From: a virus
Direction: 5' to 3' (one strand)
IMG/VR virus record: IMGVR_UViG_3300037325_000203
DNA: 64,000 bases
Numbering within the stretch: position 1 is the first letter of the stretch; each line of letters starts with the position of its first letter. The position numbers and the translations under genes were made by a program. Below, one piece after another: positions 1-11,183 of this stretch. The notes below the pieces were generated by a model that saw only the letters and a list, made by a program, of their open reading frames with translations, was not told the DNA's origin and made no database searches.

Positions 1-694
1 TGTCATCGTTAAATAGTATTACAGCAATTTCAACAGGATTAATGACTGGGCCAGCCAGAACATAGTCCAATTGCTTCCTCATCCGGTTACCGTCGACATC
101 GGTCACACTATTCCTGTGTACTTTTATAAGACCGTTGGATCCAAATTTCCATCTTACTATCGAAGTACATCTGCCTAACTGATCTACACTTTGAGCCAAG
201 TTCTCTGTATTAACCGAACAAATTGCTGCTATTGCTAAATTCCTGTGTGCACCTTTGTATTCAGACTTGTCACCGGGGCTGAAATGATAAAATCTTTCCC
301 AGTCTGCATCCCCGAAGTTAAAGTCAATCTGTACAAAACCGGATCGCGGTTTACACTCTTGTAGTTCTTCCTTGTAATTTACAATGGGATACTTCAAGTG
401 AACCATTGCGCCATTGCGAGCAGTAAATTCTATACCGAACAGACTGATTAAATTTTCCCTGAAACTTCCCGGACCGTGAGACCAGCGCTCATTGTCTAAC
501 ACAATATCGATGTCGCCGGAGTATTCTCTTTTTCCAGTCGAGCCCAAAGTATAGTCGTTTAGGTCAAATGGGAACCCTAAGTCATCTGACAGCTTTGTCA
601 GCGTATCTCTGACTTCAGACATGTGGATTGTTCCGCAACCGCGGACAGCCGTGCCCGCTTCATTATCAGGCTGTACTATATATTTTAATTTCAT
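1..694 (-). CDS. Pol-beta-superfamily nucleotidyltransferase-like protein (partial, runs off the window start)
   Basis: Not in the ORF track. Manual translation from ATG 694 gives MKLKYIVQPDNEAG...YTLGSTGKREYSGDIDIVLD, a GS-x-G...D-x-D NTase motif. Confidence 0.7.
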   Translation of the reverse strand, partial: MKLKYIVQPDNEAGTAVRGCGTIHMSEVRDTLTKLSDDLGFPFDLNDYTLGSTGKREYSGDIDIVLDNERWSHGPGSFRENLISLFGIEFTARNGAMVHLKYPIVNYKEELQECKPRSGFVQIDFNFGDADWERFYHFSPGDKSEYKGAHRNLAIAAICSVNTENLAQSVDQLGRCTSIVRWKFGSNGLIKVHRNSVTDVDGNRMRKQLDYVLAGPVINPVEIAVILFNDD

Positions 695-2093
695 TTATTA
701 AATCATCTAATTGTTTCCCGACAATAACCCCTAGTAAGGCCGGCGTTTCCACCGCCCCGTTGATCTTGCGCTGCATATTATTAATCTTCTCAAAAATATA
801 AGCAAACGATTCTCTTGTCCTCTGGTTGATGGAACCTTGCACGATACAGGTGACTTCGTGCAAATTTTCTTCTTTCTCATATCTATGCAAGTCCTCTTCT
901 AACCTAGATCGGCCGGATTCTATTAAACTCAGCCAATTTGTTTTAATCTCATGCAGATCTAACCCCTTAGTTAGGTTAAAAGTTATTTCTGAGTTATTGA
1001 TTCCTGCTTTTCGTAAATAGTTTTTTGCCTGCGTAGTTCCTAACGCAGGATGCCCGATTACAGTTGCCATACTAACATGAAGATTACCTATAAAACTTAA
1101 TTCACCGGTAATACTCTTTGCACGTTCGGTTAATTTATTTCTTTTTTCCCATGCAGATTCTCTGGCAGTACCAAATATACGCTTGTCTACGATCTTAACC
1201 ATTTTACCAGTGACAGTATGCCGAAGCACCACACCCTCGATCCATCCGCCATCTTCTAACGACGGTCCAAAACTACTTGTCTTATTTCTGACAACCTGAT
1301 CTAACAATACTTCTTTAATGTTTGCTTTCATTTCGGCTACAATAGTGCCAATTTCATTTTTCTTTTCTTTAACCAAGTGCTTGGTTAATTTCCAGTCTTG
1401 TGTATCGCACCAGACTGGTCTCTTGTTTAGGGGCAGGGACTCGATAATACGCACTGGTTGATCTGCAATTCCAGACGGTAACATTAAGTAAGCCGTGAGG
1501 GTGTCAACTTTCAATTTAATCGATTCTTCAATTTTTTCTGAGTCAAATTCAATATGTGGAACACGGACAAATACCCATCGACCTGATTCCTCTTTTAATT
1601 GTATTGTTCTGCCGTCGTGAGTAAAGGGCACGGGCAGATTTATTTCGTAGGAGGTATTGCACAGAAAATGGCTTAGTCGGTCGATGCACGACGAACCTTC
1701 GGTTACTCGCAAGAATATTATATAATTAAGATCTTTCGAGTATGTGACTACGTTGGGTAGCTCGCCGAATAATACTTCTGCCTCTACCTGATCACCTTCC
1801 GACAGACCCGCAGCTTTAAGCCTCGGCAGAGCGTCCTCAAGTAAGAGATGTGCTGAACGCATATATGTCGTAGGAAAGCTTATATCATAGCCATCCACCG
1901 AGTATATTCTTTTACCGCCCTTCGTTTCCCGTGAGGTGTAGAATCCGTTTTTGTCGATTCCGAACAGGATTTGAGCTCCGTCTACTTTTTCAGTTAACTC
2001 ATATTCGGAAAGATTCTGTAATGTATCGTAAAGACTATCTATGGATAAATCTTCTATGTGTAGTATGTTACGTGTTATTTTCTCAAGGATCAT
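666..2093 (-). CDS. ATP-dependent ligase-fold (RNA-ligase-like) protein
   Basis: Motif I TEKVDG, motif III-like EAEVL, motif IV IEGVVLR, motif V-like KIVDK. Confidence 0.6.
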   Translation of the reverse strand: MILEKITRNILHIEDLSIDSLYDTLQNLSEYELTEKVDGAQILFGIDKNGFYTSRETKGGKRIYSVDGYDISFPTTYMRSAHLLLEDALPRLKAAGLSEGDQVEAEVLFGELPNVVTYSKDLNYIIFLRVTEGSSCIDRLSHFLCNTSYEINLPVPFTHDGRTIQLKEESGRWVFVRVPHIEFDSEKIEESIKLKVDTLTAYLMLPSGIADQPVRIIESLPLNKRPVWCDTQDWKLTKHLVKEKKNEIGTIVAEMKANIKEVLLDQVVRNKTSSFGPSLEDGGWIEGVVLRHTVTGKMVKIVDKRIFGTARESAWEKRNKLTERAKSITGELSFIGNLHVSMATVIGHPALGTTQAKNYLRKAGINNSEITFNLTKGLDLHEIKTNWLSLIESGRSRLEEDLHRYEKEENLHEVTCIVQGSINQRTRESFAYIFEKINNMQRKINGAVETPALLGVIVGKQLDDLINEIKIYSTA

Positions 2094-3340
2094 TTCCGAG
2101 TTCTTCCAAGATGTACTAGTTCTGTTTGTCGTCTTGTTATTATACTCTCTTTTATAACAATGTCAAACAGCTCCATCACCTCTTCTTCTCTTAATCTATC
2201 CCCGATGAATTTACCAGCAGCCTTTCCCATCCTGGCCATAATTCCGCCCGGCGCCTGGACAGGGTCTATCTCTGATGCAAATTCTTGCTTCATAAATGCA
2301 ATAGTATCTTCTACAAAATTATTCTTCTTTATATAATCTGCAATCTGCGTAATTGCCTTTGTCTGATCAACAGATGGGTATCTGCCCGACTCTGGGTCGC
2401 CTGATACAGTTGCAAATGCTTTGGATATTTCTTTCTCAGAAAATCCAAATCTATTAAGAATAGACTGTATATCTCTAGAATCATCCGGCTTGTATTGTTT
2501 TCTCCACTCATTCATTAATGCCTCGACACTAACATTCCGCCTAAATGTGTTTACTATTCCTTTTTTATTTCTGACCTGAGAAATATTAGTAAGCATAGAC
2601 TTTATCTGGGAATCTGCCATCTTTGCTTCATTAACATCCGCCTGGTCTTGCAGAATTCCCCATAATATTTTGCGCTGGGAAGGCGTCATTGCATCCCGAA
2701 TAATTCTTCTTACTTCTTTTAACTCGGCTATCTTCTTTTCCGGGTCATTGTTATTTGCCGATTGCTGAGGGCTTCCTGCGGGGCTGTCGGCGCCATCGGG
2801 AGCGGATAATATATTGAAAATCTGCTCCACATCATTTTCCTCAAACTCTGCACCCGGGTCATCTCGAAAATCCTCATCTATATCTCTCCAATCGATATCG
2901 GTAGCATCGTCTGTATTGTATCTATTCTTCTTTTTTGATTTAGATGCCGGTTGCTCAGGCTGTCCCGAAAGTCGGGGCTGTCCCGAAAGTCGGGGCTGTT
3001 GCTGCCCGGGTGTCGGTGTCGGCCGAGCCGAAGGGGATTGTCGTCTTCGCGAGGAAATATCACTCCCCGGGGTTGAGTCGGAAGGATCGTTCTGCAGTCG
3101 TCTGTTACCAGAGGCTTGTAGTTTCTTTGCACTGACTATGCCTATTGCATTGTTAATTTGCTTGTCATCATAATCAGTCGCAAATTTTAAAAAGTGAATG
3201 ACGATATCTGCTGTTATTGGTTTTCGATAAGATAGTTTTCCAGAAGCACTTGCGTTTGTACCCACTAAACTATTGTTCTTAAGATACTGTATCCACTTCT
3301 TAACAAGAGGGTCGGTATTAGATGACATCTGATTCATCAT
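2090..3340 (-). CDS. Hypothetical protein with a low-complexity P/Q/S linker
   Basis: 416-aa ORF overlapping its neighbours; contains a QPRLSG tandem duplication. Confidence 0.75.
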   Translation of the reverse strand: MMNQMSSNTDPLVKKWIQYLKNNSLVGTNASASGKLSYRKPITADIVIHFLKFATDYDDKQINNAIGIVSAKKLQASGNRRLQNDPSDSTPGSDISSRRRQSPSARPTPTPGQQQPRLSGQPRLSGQPEQPASKSKKKNRYNTDDATDIDWRDIDEDFRDDPGAEFEENDVEQIFNILSAPDGADSPAGSPQQSANNNDPEKKIAELKEVRRIIRDAMTPSQRKILWGILQDQADVNEAKMADSQIKSMLTNISQVRNKKGIVNTFRRNVSVEALMNEWRKQYKPDDSRDIQSILNRFGFSEKEISKAFATVSGDPESGRYPSVDQTKAITQIADYIKKNNFVEDTIAFMKQEFASEIDPVQAPGGIMARMGKAAGKFIGDRLREEEVMELFDIVIKESIITRRQTELVHLGRTRK

Positions 3341-3596
3341 CCCTGCAACCGCCCTTGATCCGTTTTACCATTCTAGTAAATCTGCCAGGATCTGCACCTC
3401 TTATGCTAGACACGAATCGCTTTTTCAGTGACTCAGCCTCCTCTGCACTAAATGATTCGTCGATAGACTCCATCAGATTAATAGCAGAAACTATTATGTG
3501 CTGGGCACGAGCTTCAATTAAGTCTTCTTTGCTTTTTTGGGGCACATAGGAGCTTATCTCCTCTAAAATGGATTTGCTTCTTCGATTAACTGACAA
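3318..3596 (-). CDS. Conserved hypothetical phage protein
   Basis: 92-aa ORF with an upstream GGAG SD and an ATAAATA late-promoter-like motif (~3624-3630). Confidence 0.7.
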   Translation of the reverse strand: MSVNRRSKSILEEISSYVPQKSKEDLIEARAQHIIVSAINLMESIDESFSAEEAESLKKRFVSSIRGADPGRFTRMVKRIKGGCRDDESDVI

Positions 3597-3636
3597 TTTA
3601 GTTATCTCCTGTCTATTTCACGTATTTATCTATAAT

Positions 3637-4983
3637 CTAGTTTTTCTTATTCTTAATGAAGGCCCTTAGTATTGCTGCTCCGGCAAGCGGGTCGGGCTTG
3701 TTTTCCCTTCGAGTGATAGATGTAACGTCCTCCGATTCGACACCTAATTTCTCACTAGCCCTGATAATACTCTTTTGCTTTAGCTTCTCATAAATATCCT
3801 TAGATGTAGCAGTAATGGCGCCATCATCCCCTTCCTCTAAGTCACTAATCCTTAGGCTCCTGTTGTTAAATGCTAAATCGACCTTGGATCCTACACCCGA
3901 ACTAGATCGAGTTTTCATAAACTGGATCTGATAGCGACCGCCTTCCTTCATCGCGGCGCTAGTAAAAATGCCTATGACATTATCTGCTGTGTTAACTTTA
4001 GAGATACCACCAGCGATGTGACTAGGATCGAATTCTATTTGTTCGTACGAATTGCGATTTAGCTGGGATGCAGATACAGTCACTGTCTGCAATTCTACTG
4101 CTAAGTTACGTAGCTCTTCTGTTATATATTTGTCCTTAACAAACAAATTTTCTGCAGATATCTTTTTACTCATTGGCATCATTAAGTCTAAGTAGTCAAC
4201 TAAAATTGCATCGACTTTGCGTTTAGCATATATTTCATATTCCTTGATGTAAGCTCGTATATCGTTGGAAGTACACCCATTAGGCAGTTGCTTAACCCTT
4301 AACGACCCTCCACTTTTTTGCTGCGATGATCTGACCTTCATGTGTACATCGTCGATATTTCTCATGACTTCTCGAGTCTCATACCCAGTGTGCATCGCAT
4401 CTATACGCATAGCACACAATTTTTCACTTAGTTCCAAGGAAAGGTATACCACATTCAGACCAGACATGGCCCAATTTACTGCAAGGTTCTGTAAGAAAAG
4501 GGATTTTCCTGCACCAGAATTATGGGACGATATTCCGTTAGTATAGTACCTGTGATTTTCACTATCTACTACCAAATCAAATACAAGATCTGTTTCATTT
4601 GTATCCAGAATATCAGACACTATTCTAAATCCGTTATCGGATAATAATTTATCACCTATTTGTAAATTAATTATAGATACCCAGCACCCGTATATATTCT
4701 CAAACATATGCATAGGAGACGCTGTAACATATGTACCGTCGGTAAATTGGACGCAATAAATTTCATAACTTCCCTTGCTAATCAAATGCTTAACTGGTAC
4801 ATAGCCATCCGGCGAATCTACAAACCAATCATTTTTACATTTATTTAAATCAAAGATATTATATTCGATCGGTTGCATTTCAAGATATAATCTTTCAAAT
4901 GTGTCTATGTCCTGAGATTGATATTTAATTAATGTTTCTCTATCGTAAAACTGTGATAGGTATTCAATTTTTTCGTAATTCAT
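3637..4983 (-). CDS. DnaB/gp41-like replicative helicase, C-terminal part, preceded by a 155-aa split-intein C fragment
   Basis: Intein end ...VFDLVVDSENHRYYTNGISSHN|SGAGKS; then YLSLEL, ILVDYLDL and SASQLNR DnaB motifs. Confidence 0.92.
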   Translation of the reverse strand: MNYEKIEYLSQFYDRETLIKYQSQDIDTFERLYLEMQPIEYNIFDLNKCKNDWFVDSPDGYVPVKHLISKGSYEIYCVQFTDGTYVTASPMHMFENIYGCWVSIINLQIGDKLLSDNGFRIVSDILDTNETDLVFDLVVDSENHRYYTNGISSHNSGAGKSLFLQNLAVNWAMSGLNVVYLSLELSEKLCAMRIDAMHTGYETREVMRNIDDVHMKVRSSQQKSGGSLRVKQLPNGCTSNDIRAYIKEYEIYAKRKVDAILVDYLDLMMPMSKKISAENLFVKDKYITEELRNLAVELQTVTVSASQLNRNSYEQIEFDPSHIAGGISKVNTADNVIGIFTSAAMKEGGRYQIQFMKTRSSSGVGSKVDLAFNNRSLRISDLEEGDDGAITATSKDIYEKLKQKSIIRASEKLGVESEDVTSITRRENKPDPLAGAAILRAFIKNKKN

Positions 4984-6055
4984 TTATTTTAAAATTCCTA
5001 TTTTTTAAATCATTATTCCAGAATACATAATATTTTGTGCCTGTAAAAGTATTTAATATGTGATTTTTCTTTATATTATCGTTTCGATAACTATCCCCGT
5101 AAGTCCCGAGATGTGGCAAAGGCTTGTTATCTACTTCTATTATTTTATTAGATAATTCTTCTTTATAATCTGAGAAATTTATATGCCCGGGGCCGTGAAA
5201 CTCCATAATACACAGTAATTCTTTCTTCGCCGAATCTGCAAATACAGCTAAATCATATCTTCTAAATCCTGCAGTGGGTATCCATTGGAAATACTGTTCA
5301 GTTGGTGCACCGAACATACAATTTTCTCTATTGATATTATTTTGTTCTATAAATAGATTTACTGCCTGCATTTCCTGGCCGTTAATATTAAAGGATTTCT
5401 GAAGGGTCTTTAAGTAATGAGCCGACCTTTCGTCTTGTGTCTTGTTTTTCCAAGTCTGTTTCCGCTTATTGCAAGCATATCTGTATTTAATTGCACCTTC
5501 TATAGTTCCGTATTTCTCTATATAAAACGGTAACCCGCGTGCCTGATATGTTGTTACTAATACCTCAGCAGATTCTTTATCGTATCCCTTCTTTTCCCAG
5601 TATTCAACACACCTTACACTACACTTTCGATGATTTTTATTTCGGGAACTACCGGAGGCCATGATCTGATGATTTCTTACCTTCTCTATCGCCTCTGCTT
5701 CGGTAAATCCTTGATTTGTCCAATATATCTTTCTCGATGGAAAATAATCTTTGATTTTCGATAAATTATTATTCCATCTCTTTAAACCTAATTCGGCTCC
5801 ATACAAAATACAAAAATATTCGACACTCATTCTCTCATGTTTTAAAAGATCGAATTCTCGACTAATAACATCGGAATACCCTTGTTTTAAAAACCAGGCC
5901 AGGCGCATAAAATGATCTTGCGATTTTCTATAACCGCGCAAATCGAAATAGTCTAATAATCCACTTTCCTGTTCTGGTGTCAATAATATATCTGATAATA
6001 TTTTCTTAACTACTTTTATGTTTAAAAACTTCCTGATATACATTTTCCTGTTCAT
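4964..6055 (-). mobile_element. Free-standing homing endonuclease (Vsr/PD-(D/E)XK-like) between the two helicase halves
   Basis: KYG-type repeats and a C-terminal RRYDLAVF...IMEFHGPGH motif. Sits between IntN and IntC. ATAAATA at ~6091-6097 lies upstream of the probable start at 6055. Confidence 0.65.
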
Positions 6056-6725
6056 AATAAATTCCCTTTTGCTGATCACTCTGGCTAAAGTATTTATCAA
6101 TATCTATAACTCTTATTGCTTTTACTTTGGTGTCCGCAGTAACGCACTGACCTGCAAATATTGTTAGTTCGCCTTTATTAAGTCCGCCGTATAATTTTTC
6201 ATCTACTGTTTTCCACCCCGTAGAGCACTGACCTTTGCCTTCCCGAATAGCCTCTAGGCGCTCTTTCGGGTTTGCGTAATAATCTGTTCCCAGGTCTTTA
6301 ACTAGTGCAATTTGTACAGCCGCTTTAATAGTTGCCTCGACTTCCCCGTATCTTCCTTCGTCGAGTAGATCAGGAGATGCAAGAATGGCATCTCTAAGTG
6401 CTTTGTGTCTACAGAATTTTTCAAACTCTCTCAGAAACCATTCGTCATGCAGGGCGGCCTCGGCCTCCATCATGTTAATTTCTTTCCTAGTAACCGCTTT
6501 GATTTGTACTAAGGATGGTATGCTCACGAAGTCTGTGCTATATCCTTCAATAAATGCCACTGTGTCCCTGTTTTGCTTATCGTCGAAATACTCGGACTTC
6601 AATATTCCTTTGCATCTGACAAACAGGTCAGGTTTACTCATCATGAAGCTAATGAACAGATCTTCTATGTCCGTACTGTAGTCATTAATTTCGCTTGCGT
6701 TTTCTGTCTCTAGCATTTTGTTCAA
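6006..6725 (-). CDS. DnaB/gp41-like helicase, N-terminal part, ending in a short split-intein N fragment
   Basis: STGWKTVDEKLYGGLNKGELTIFAGQ|CVTADTKV: the Walker A is interrupted, and intein Cys1 is at 6146-6144. Confidence 0.92.
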   Translation of the reverse strand: MNKMLETENASEINDYSTDIEDLFISFMMSKPDLFVRCKGILKSEYFDDKQNRDTVAFIEGYSTDFVSIPSLVQIKAVTRKEINMMEAEAALHDEWFLREFEKFCRHKALRDAILASPDLLDEGRYGEVEATIKAAVQIALVKDLGTDYYANPKERLEAIREGKGQCSTGWKTVDEKLYGGLNKGELTIFAGQCVTADTKVKAIRVIDIDKYFSQSDQQKGIYYEQENVYQEVFKHKSS

Positions 6726-7752
6726 TGTCCCATGTAATTTGAATCTTTTCTTTCCCTTCTACTGCTGTAGAAATTATAGAATATGTTGTTAAAAGTCTTC
6801 CGTATTTTTCGGAAGCGTGGGCTGCGTCTTTTATCATCGGATCCCAATTGGGAAAAGACACTGCCCAGTTATTCTGTATCGCAACGTCTACCAAATCTTT
6901 GCCTTTTTTATCTCTGTCGGGGCATACTATGACTTGCTTTTGCAGTCTATTTATTATATCAATCTTTGTCTGCCCTATTTCTCCAAGTATAGCTAGCCCG
7001 TCTACTGACCATGCATCTAATACACCTTCCAGGACAAGTGCATATTTCCTTGTCCAATCCTGATGGTTGTCCAAATTATAAACAAAATCCTCCGGGCACT
7101 GTTGGTAATATTTAGGTATGGACTTTCCGTCTGTGTTATAACAAAGTCGAGATGTAAATCCTACCACCTTATCTTTATAAAAATAGGGAATGATTAATCT
7201 CTCGTTTATATTAAAGAATTTGTCAGGAGACCAATAAAACTCGTCTAGATTATAGATTTCTCTATCAATTGTGTAATTAACAACCTTTAGAAAATAGGGA
7301 TCGTCCAGGCCATTTTCTAACCAAACACTAATTGGAAGTGCACCATTTGGTAAGTCCATCGGTTTCCACTTTTGAAAAAGTGTTTTGAATTTCTGCTCCA
7401 GAGTTATTGTTTCGTTGTCGCCATCCCTGATTGATAAAATGCTATTCTTTTGTTTAAATATTTCAAACTCTATTTTATCTACAAATTTTCTGTCTATGTT
7501 TAGTTGACTGAGGAAAAACTTAAACGATCCAGACAACTCTTTACCCTCAGAATACCCAGAGGAGAATCCACAGTTAAAGCAATTACATGCTATAGATTGT
7601 GGGTTAAATTGTATTCCGAATCTATGACGAGTATCCCGCCCGTGTCCCTGGGTATGACAAAGGGGGCAATTTCTTTTATTCCATCCCTTGGGGGCTTGTT
7701 TTACTGGGCCTAGGTTTTGTCGAATAGCATTGGTTAATATGTCTATGATCAT
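6685..7752 (-). CDS. DNA primase (gp61-like)
   Basis: N-terminal Zn finger CPLC...CFNC; TOPRIM motifs VLEGVLDA and PDRD; adjacent to the helicase. Confidence 0.85.
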   Translation of the reverse strand: MIIDILTNAIRQNLGPVKQAPKGWNKRNCPLCHTQGHGRDTRHRFGIQFNPQSIACNCFNCGFSSGYSEGKELSGSFKFFLSQLNIDRKFVDKIEFEIFKQKNSILSIRDGDNETITLEQKFKTLFQKWKPMDLPNGALPISVWLENGLDDPYFLKVVNYTIDREIYNLDEFYWSPDKFFNINERLIIPYFYKDKVVGFTSRLCYNTDGKSIPKYYQQCPEDFVYNLDNHQDWTRKYALVLEGVLDAWSVDGLAILGEIGQTKIDIINRLQKQVIVCPDRDKKGKDLVDVAIQNNWAVSFPNWDPMIKDAAHASEKYGRLLTTYSIISTAVEGKEKIQITWDIEQNARDRKRKRN

Positions 7753-7792
7753 CCAGACATTATAACAGGGTAATTGTTGGAAATCAAATACT

Positions 7793-8089
7793 CTATTCTT
7801 CGCAATTCCACTTGTCTAATGCAAGTTTCTTTCTAGTAGGTTCCCCATTATCCTTCTTCATAGGTCCATCCATGCCACCCATCCTGGCACAGAATGACTT
7901 TCTGCGCTTAGCATCTTTGCTACCGGCTTTGAGTTTCGAAGGCGGGGTGGTTACTGCTTTCTGCAACTTAGATCCAGGATTTTCTTTTCGATATGATGCC
8001 ACACCCTTGTCATTGAGTCCGCCGTTTTTGTTTTTGCCCTCTTTCTTCTTCCATGCAGCAGATTCTTGTAAGATCTCGTCTAATGTCAT
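7793..8089 (-). CDS. Small basic conserved phage protein
   Basis: AWKKKEGKNKNGGLN...RRKSFCARM...LDKWNC, a motif recalled from large phages; N-terminus MTLDEILQE. Confidence 0.7.
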   Translation of the reverse strand: MTLDEILQESAAWKKKEGKNKNGGLNDKGVASYRKENPGSKLQKAVTTPPSKLKAGSKDAKRRKSFCARMGGMDGPMKKDNGEPTRKKLALDKWNCEE

Positions 8090-8175
8090 ATTTTATTCCC
8101 TATCGATTACTTATTGCACTTATATAAGAACCTGGAGTGATATATTCTCCAGTAATGCCTTTATTGATCCAGCGC

Positions 8176-9048
8176 TCAAGTCCTTACAATTAGCTTTGTC
8201 ATTTTACCGGCATCTAATACCTCAGTAGACGGTGTCCATCTAAATTTGATCCACATGAAATTTGCTGCAAATGTCCATGCCTGAGTGCCGGTATATCCTT
8301 TGTACCTAATATCTCTGGACATGGATGATGGATAAATCTTTGTCCAATGTGTAGATTGCAAATAAGGGTCTGGAGTTGACTCGAGTGAGCCAAAAATTTC
8401 CAATACACCTGTTGCATTTTCCGTATAGGTCGAGAAAGTATGTACTGAATTTATATGATTTCTGACTCTGCCGCCGGGAATCCTAGAAGTATACAAGCAG
8501 GGTGCCGGGGACTTGGATAATGAAGGAATTACGTCCTGCGACCAATGCTCTCTGAATATAGTTATACTAGGAGATGGTGTCTTAAAGGCTTGTTCGGTAA
8601 TCTCTATCTGCATCGCAACGTCATCATTCATGTTACTATATAGAGGCTTTTCGACATAGTATCCAGGAATATTAGCAACAAAGTCTTCTGTTCTGATTAG
8701 TACGATTTCATGAAGGCCGGCGTGTATCAGAGCAAGATCTCCCGAGTCTAGTTCTAGAGTGATTATGCCTTTTGCAGGACCTAGTCTGCATAACTTTTCT
8801 ATTTCCACCTTCCTGTTATCTGGATCAATAATCCTGGCATAGACTTGCTGATTACTTGCAATGTCCTGAGGAGATCTGTCAGGCCCCAACACCCTAAAGA
8901 TTAGTTTATTATCCAACCCTTTGTGCGCTTTCATGCTTATATTATTATTCATTGGTCCATTGTCCTTATAAGGGCAGAAACTGTCACCTACGGCCAGCAA
9001 TTGCCATACATGATCGTATAAATATAGTTTGTGAAAAGTTACATCCAT
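8176..9048 (-). CDS. Hypothetical (possibly virion) protein
   Basis: Long ORF; probable start MDVTFHK lies downstream of ATAAATA (~9066-9072). Confidence 0.7.
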   Translation of the reverse strand: MDVTFHKLYLYDHVWQLLAVGDSFCPYKDNGPMNNNISMKAHKGLDNKLIFRVLGPDRSPQDIASNQQVYARIIDPDNRKVEIEKLCRLGPAKGIITLELDSGDLALIHAGLHEIVLIRTEDFVANIPGYYVEKPLYSNMNDDVAMQIEITEQAFKTPSPSITIFREHWSQDVIPSLSKSPAPCLYTSRIPGGRVRNHINSVHTFSTYTENATGVLEIFGSLESTPDPYLQSTHWTKIYPSSMSRDIRYKGYTGTQAWTFAANFMWIKFRWTPSTEVLDAGKMTKLIVRT

Positions 9049-9128
9049 TTGCCCGCCTTTGTTATATTTATCAAGAAAGGTGTCAAAAAAAGGATCCAAA
9101 ATTACCATAACTGTATAAATATATTCAT

Positions 9129-9500
9129 ATGATTAATTCGCAAGATATCCAGATAAAATTTCCCTTTTTAACCGGGTTAAAGTCTTATACCCAAGAATAT
9201 ATAGGTATTATTCAGAATTCCGATGACAAAATCATTAGTTTTTACGATTACGAGTCTATAAGAACATCGGCGGAAAAAATAGTATTTCTAGAACACGGGG
9301 AAACATGGTGGTGGGAGAGTAATAGATTATTACCTATTAACATATTTTTGCAAGGGCAGATGATACCGTTTCGTTACTGTCTAAAAACAGTAGTAAATAA
9401 AGATATCGAAATAATGTTTGGCTCAGTTACAAGTCTAAATAATATTATGAAAAAACGCATTAAAAAGCGTCAAATTCAACTAATACGTAAGTCTGACTAA
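9129..9500 (+). CDS. Conserved hypothetical phage protein
   Basis: 123-aa ORF with a WWWES motif, directly after TATAAATA (9114-9121). Confidence 0.75.
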   Translation: MINSQDIQIKFPFLTGLKSYTQEYIGIIQNSDDKIISFYDYESIRTSAEKIVFLEHGETWWWESNRLLPINIFLQGQMIPFRYCLKTVVNKDIEIMFGSVTSLNNIMKKRIKKRQIQLIRKSD

Positions 9501-11143
9501 GGTAGTACGGGTCTAGTCCAGGCCCATACATCGACCCCGCAATCCCATATTCTGTCATATCCATGATCTTGCATATTCTCCCATTCGGTGCGGCCAGGGT
9601 TGAAATTATCTAGTAATTTAGATAGTTTATGCTTTTGATATTTCATTCTATTTTCAAAAGATTTATAATTATTTGTATAATAGTAAGATGGTGGAGAAGT
9701 AGATATAAATTCGAATCCCAAATTACCATAAACTGCCCCACTTCCGTACTGTTTGTCGGAATAGCTAATAACATTCTCTGGATTAACAGTCTTAATAAAA
9801 TGTTTAAATAATTTACTCGCTCCGCCTATCACAGTTGTGCCGAGTATTGTGGAAAATCTAAGAAGTTCCCATTTATATGCAGAATTAAATCGTGGCTTTC
9901 CAAATGTCATAACAGAATACAGCGTATCGCCAATATATAGCCCGATTTCGACCGATGAGCCGCAGTCACCCTGCAGATGAGAGTATTCTAAAAATTTAAC
10001 TTTGTCCGACTTAGACACTGGACGTATTTCACACTTCCTTGCGTAGATTTTTTTAGAACAATTAAACTTATTCGAAATTCTAGATTTAATTATATCCTTC
10101 TTTGTATTCCACAGATGTTCCCAAACAAAGAACACATCTATCCCTCTTTCCTTACATGCGTTCAGTTTATCGATATGATACTTGTTTCCTCGATTATTTA
10201 ATTCACTATGCCAATACGACCCATTAACCTCTATGGCAAATAAGATGTCATCGAAATAAATATCTAATTCTTTCGGTGATATAATCTTACGTGTATCTGT
10301 TTGCATAGATAAAATATTAGATAAACTTAGAGATTTTATATATTCGATGACCTCTTGCTGAATGCTAGATTTGAATGTAATCTGTATATTAAACTGCTTA
10401 ATTCTCGATCGTAATGTATCAATTGATATGTCTAAGAATTTGGATAACCCGACAAGGCCGTAACGAGTTAATAGTAATATTAATTCTTGCTCATTATCTA
10501 TAGCAGCTCGTACTGCGGATGGTATAAGCGATAATTGAAAACTTGTTGCTCCATACTTTTCGACACATGTATCCCTGATCTTGGACTTAGTTGATTCGAG
10601 TAAGTGGGTTGATCTAATTTTCTCAATTATTGAATCTGCCTTGGATGCAATCTCATTACCATATCTAGCCTTGCATGTTTCCCTTATTTTTAATTCAATC
10701 TCTTTACATAAGATAGGGTGTTCAACGCCATACCGTTCTAATAACGTTTTTCGTCTCAATTCTCTTATCAAATAATCAGACTGTGGATTGCCGTTATAGT
10801 TTTTCTCCCATGTGTTAGTTTGTTTGCTCTTTAACTCGCTATTCTGGCACGCAAAAGGCACTCCATACTTTTCTATCATAGATGCTTGCTGCCTGGCCCT
10901 GACTTCTGCTAGTTTAAATGGGTTAGATACCCCATATTTTTTAATATTACTATCGGTACGAGTATTAATAATGTCTATACTTTTACTTGGGTTATCGACA
11001 CCATACTTCTTTATGTTAGTGGCTTTTCGTTTAATGATTGTATTTTTAGAATTATGTCTGGACCTGCACGACATTGAGCAGAAATCAGACTGCTTACCGT
11101 GTTTTGTTATTATCGCATCTGCATCACAATTAAGACATTTCAT
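9497..11143 (-). mobile_element. Putative homing endonuclease (KYGV repeats plus a Hef/Vsr-like nuclease domain)
   Basis: Several KYGVxNP repeats; ELDIYF...IEVNGSYWH; C-terminal domain paralogous to that of 30101-31711. Confidence 0.7.
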
Positions 11144-11183
11144 AGTATGCTCCTTAAATGGTATTTAGCATCCCAACATACAG

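Noticed and set aside
2958-2999. 18-bp tandem duplication (ggctgtcccgaaagtcgg) as a regulatory repeat
   Set aside because: It is an in-frame QPRLSG duplication in a disordered linker.
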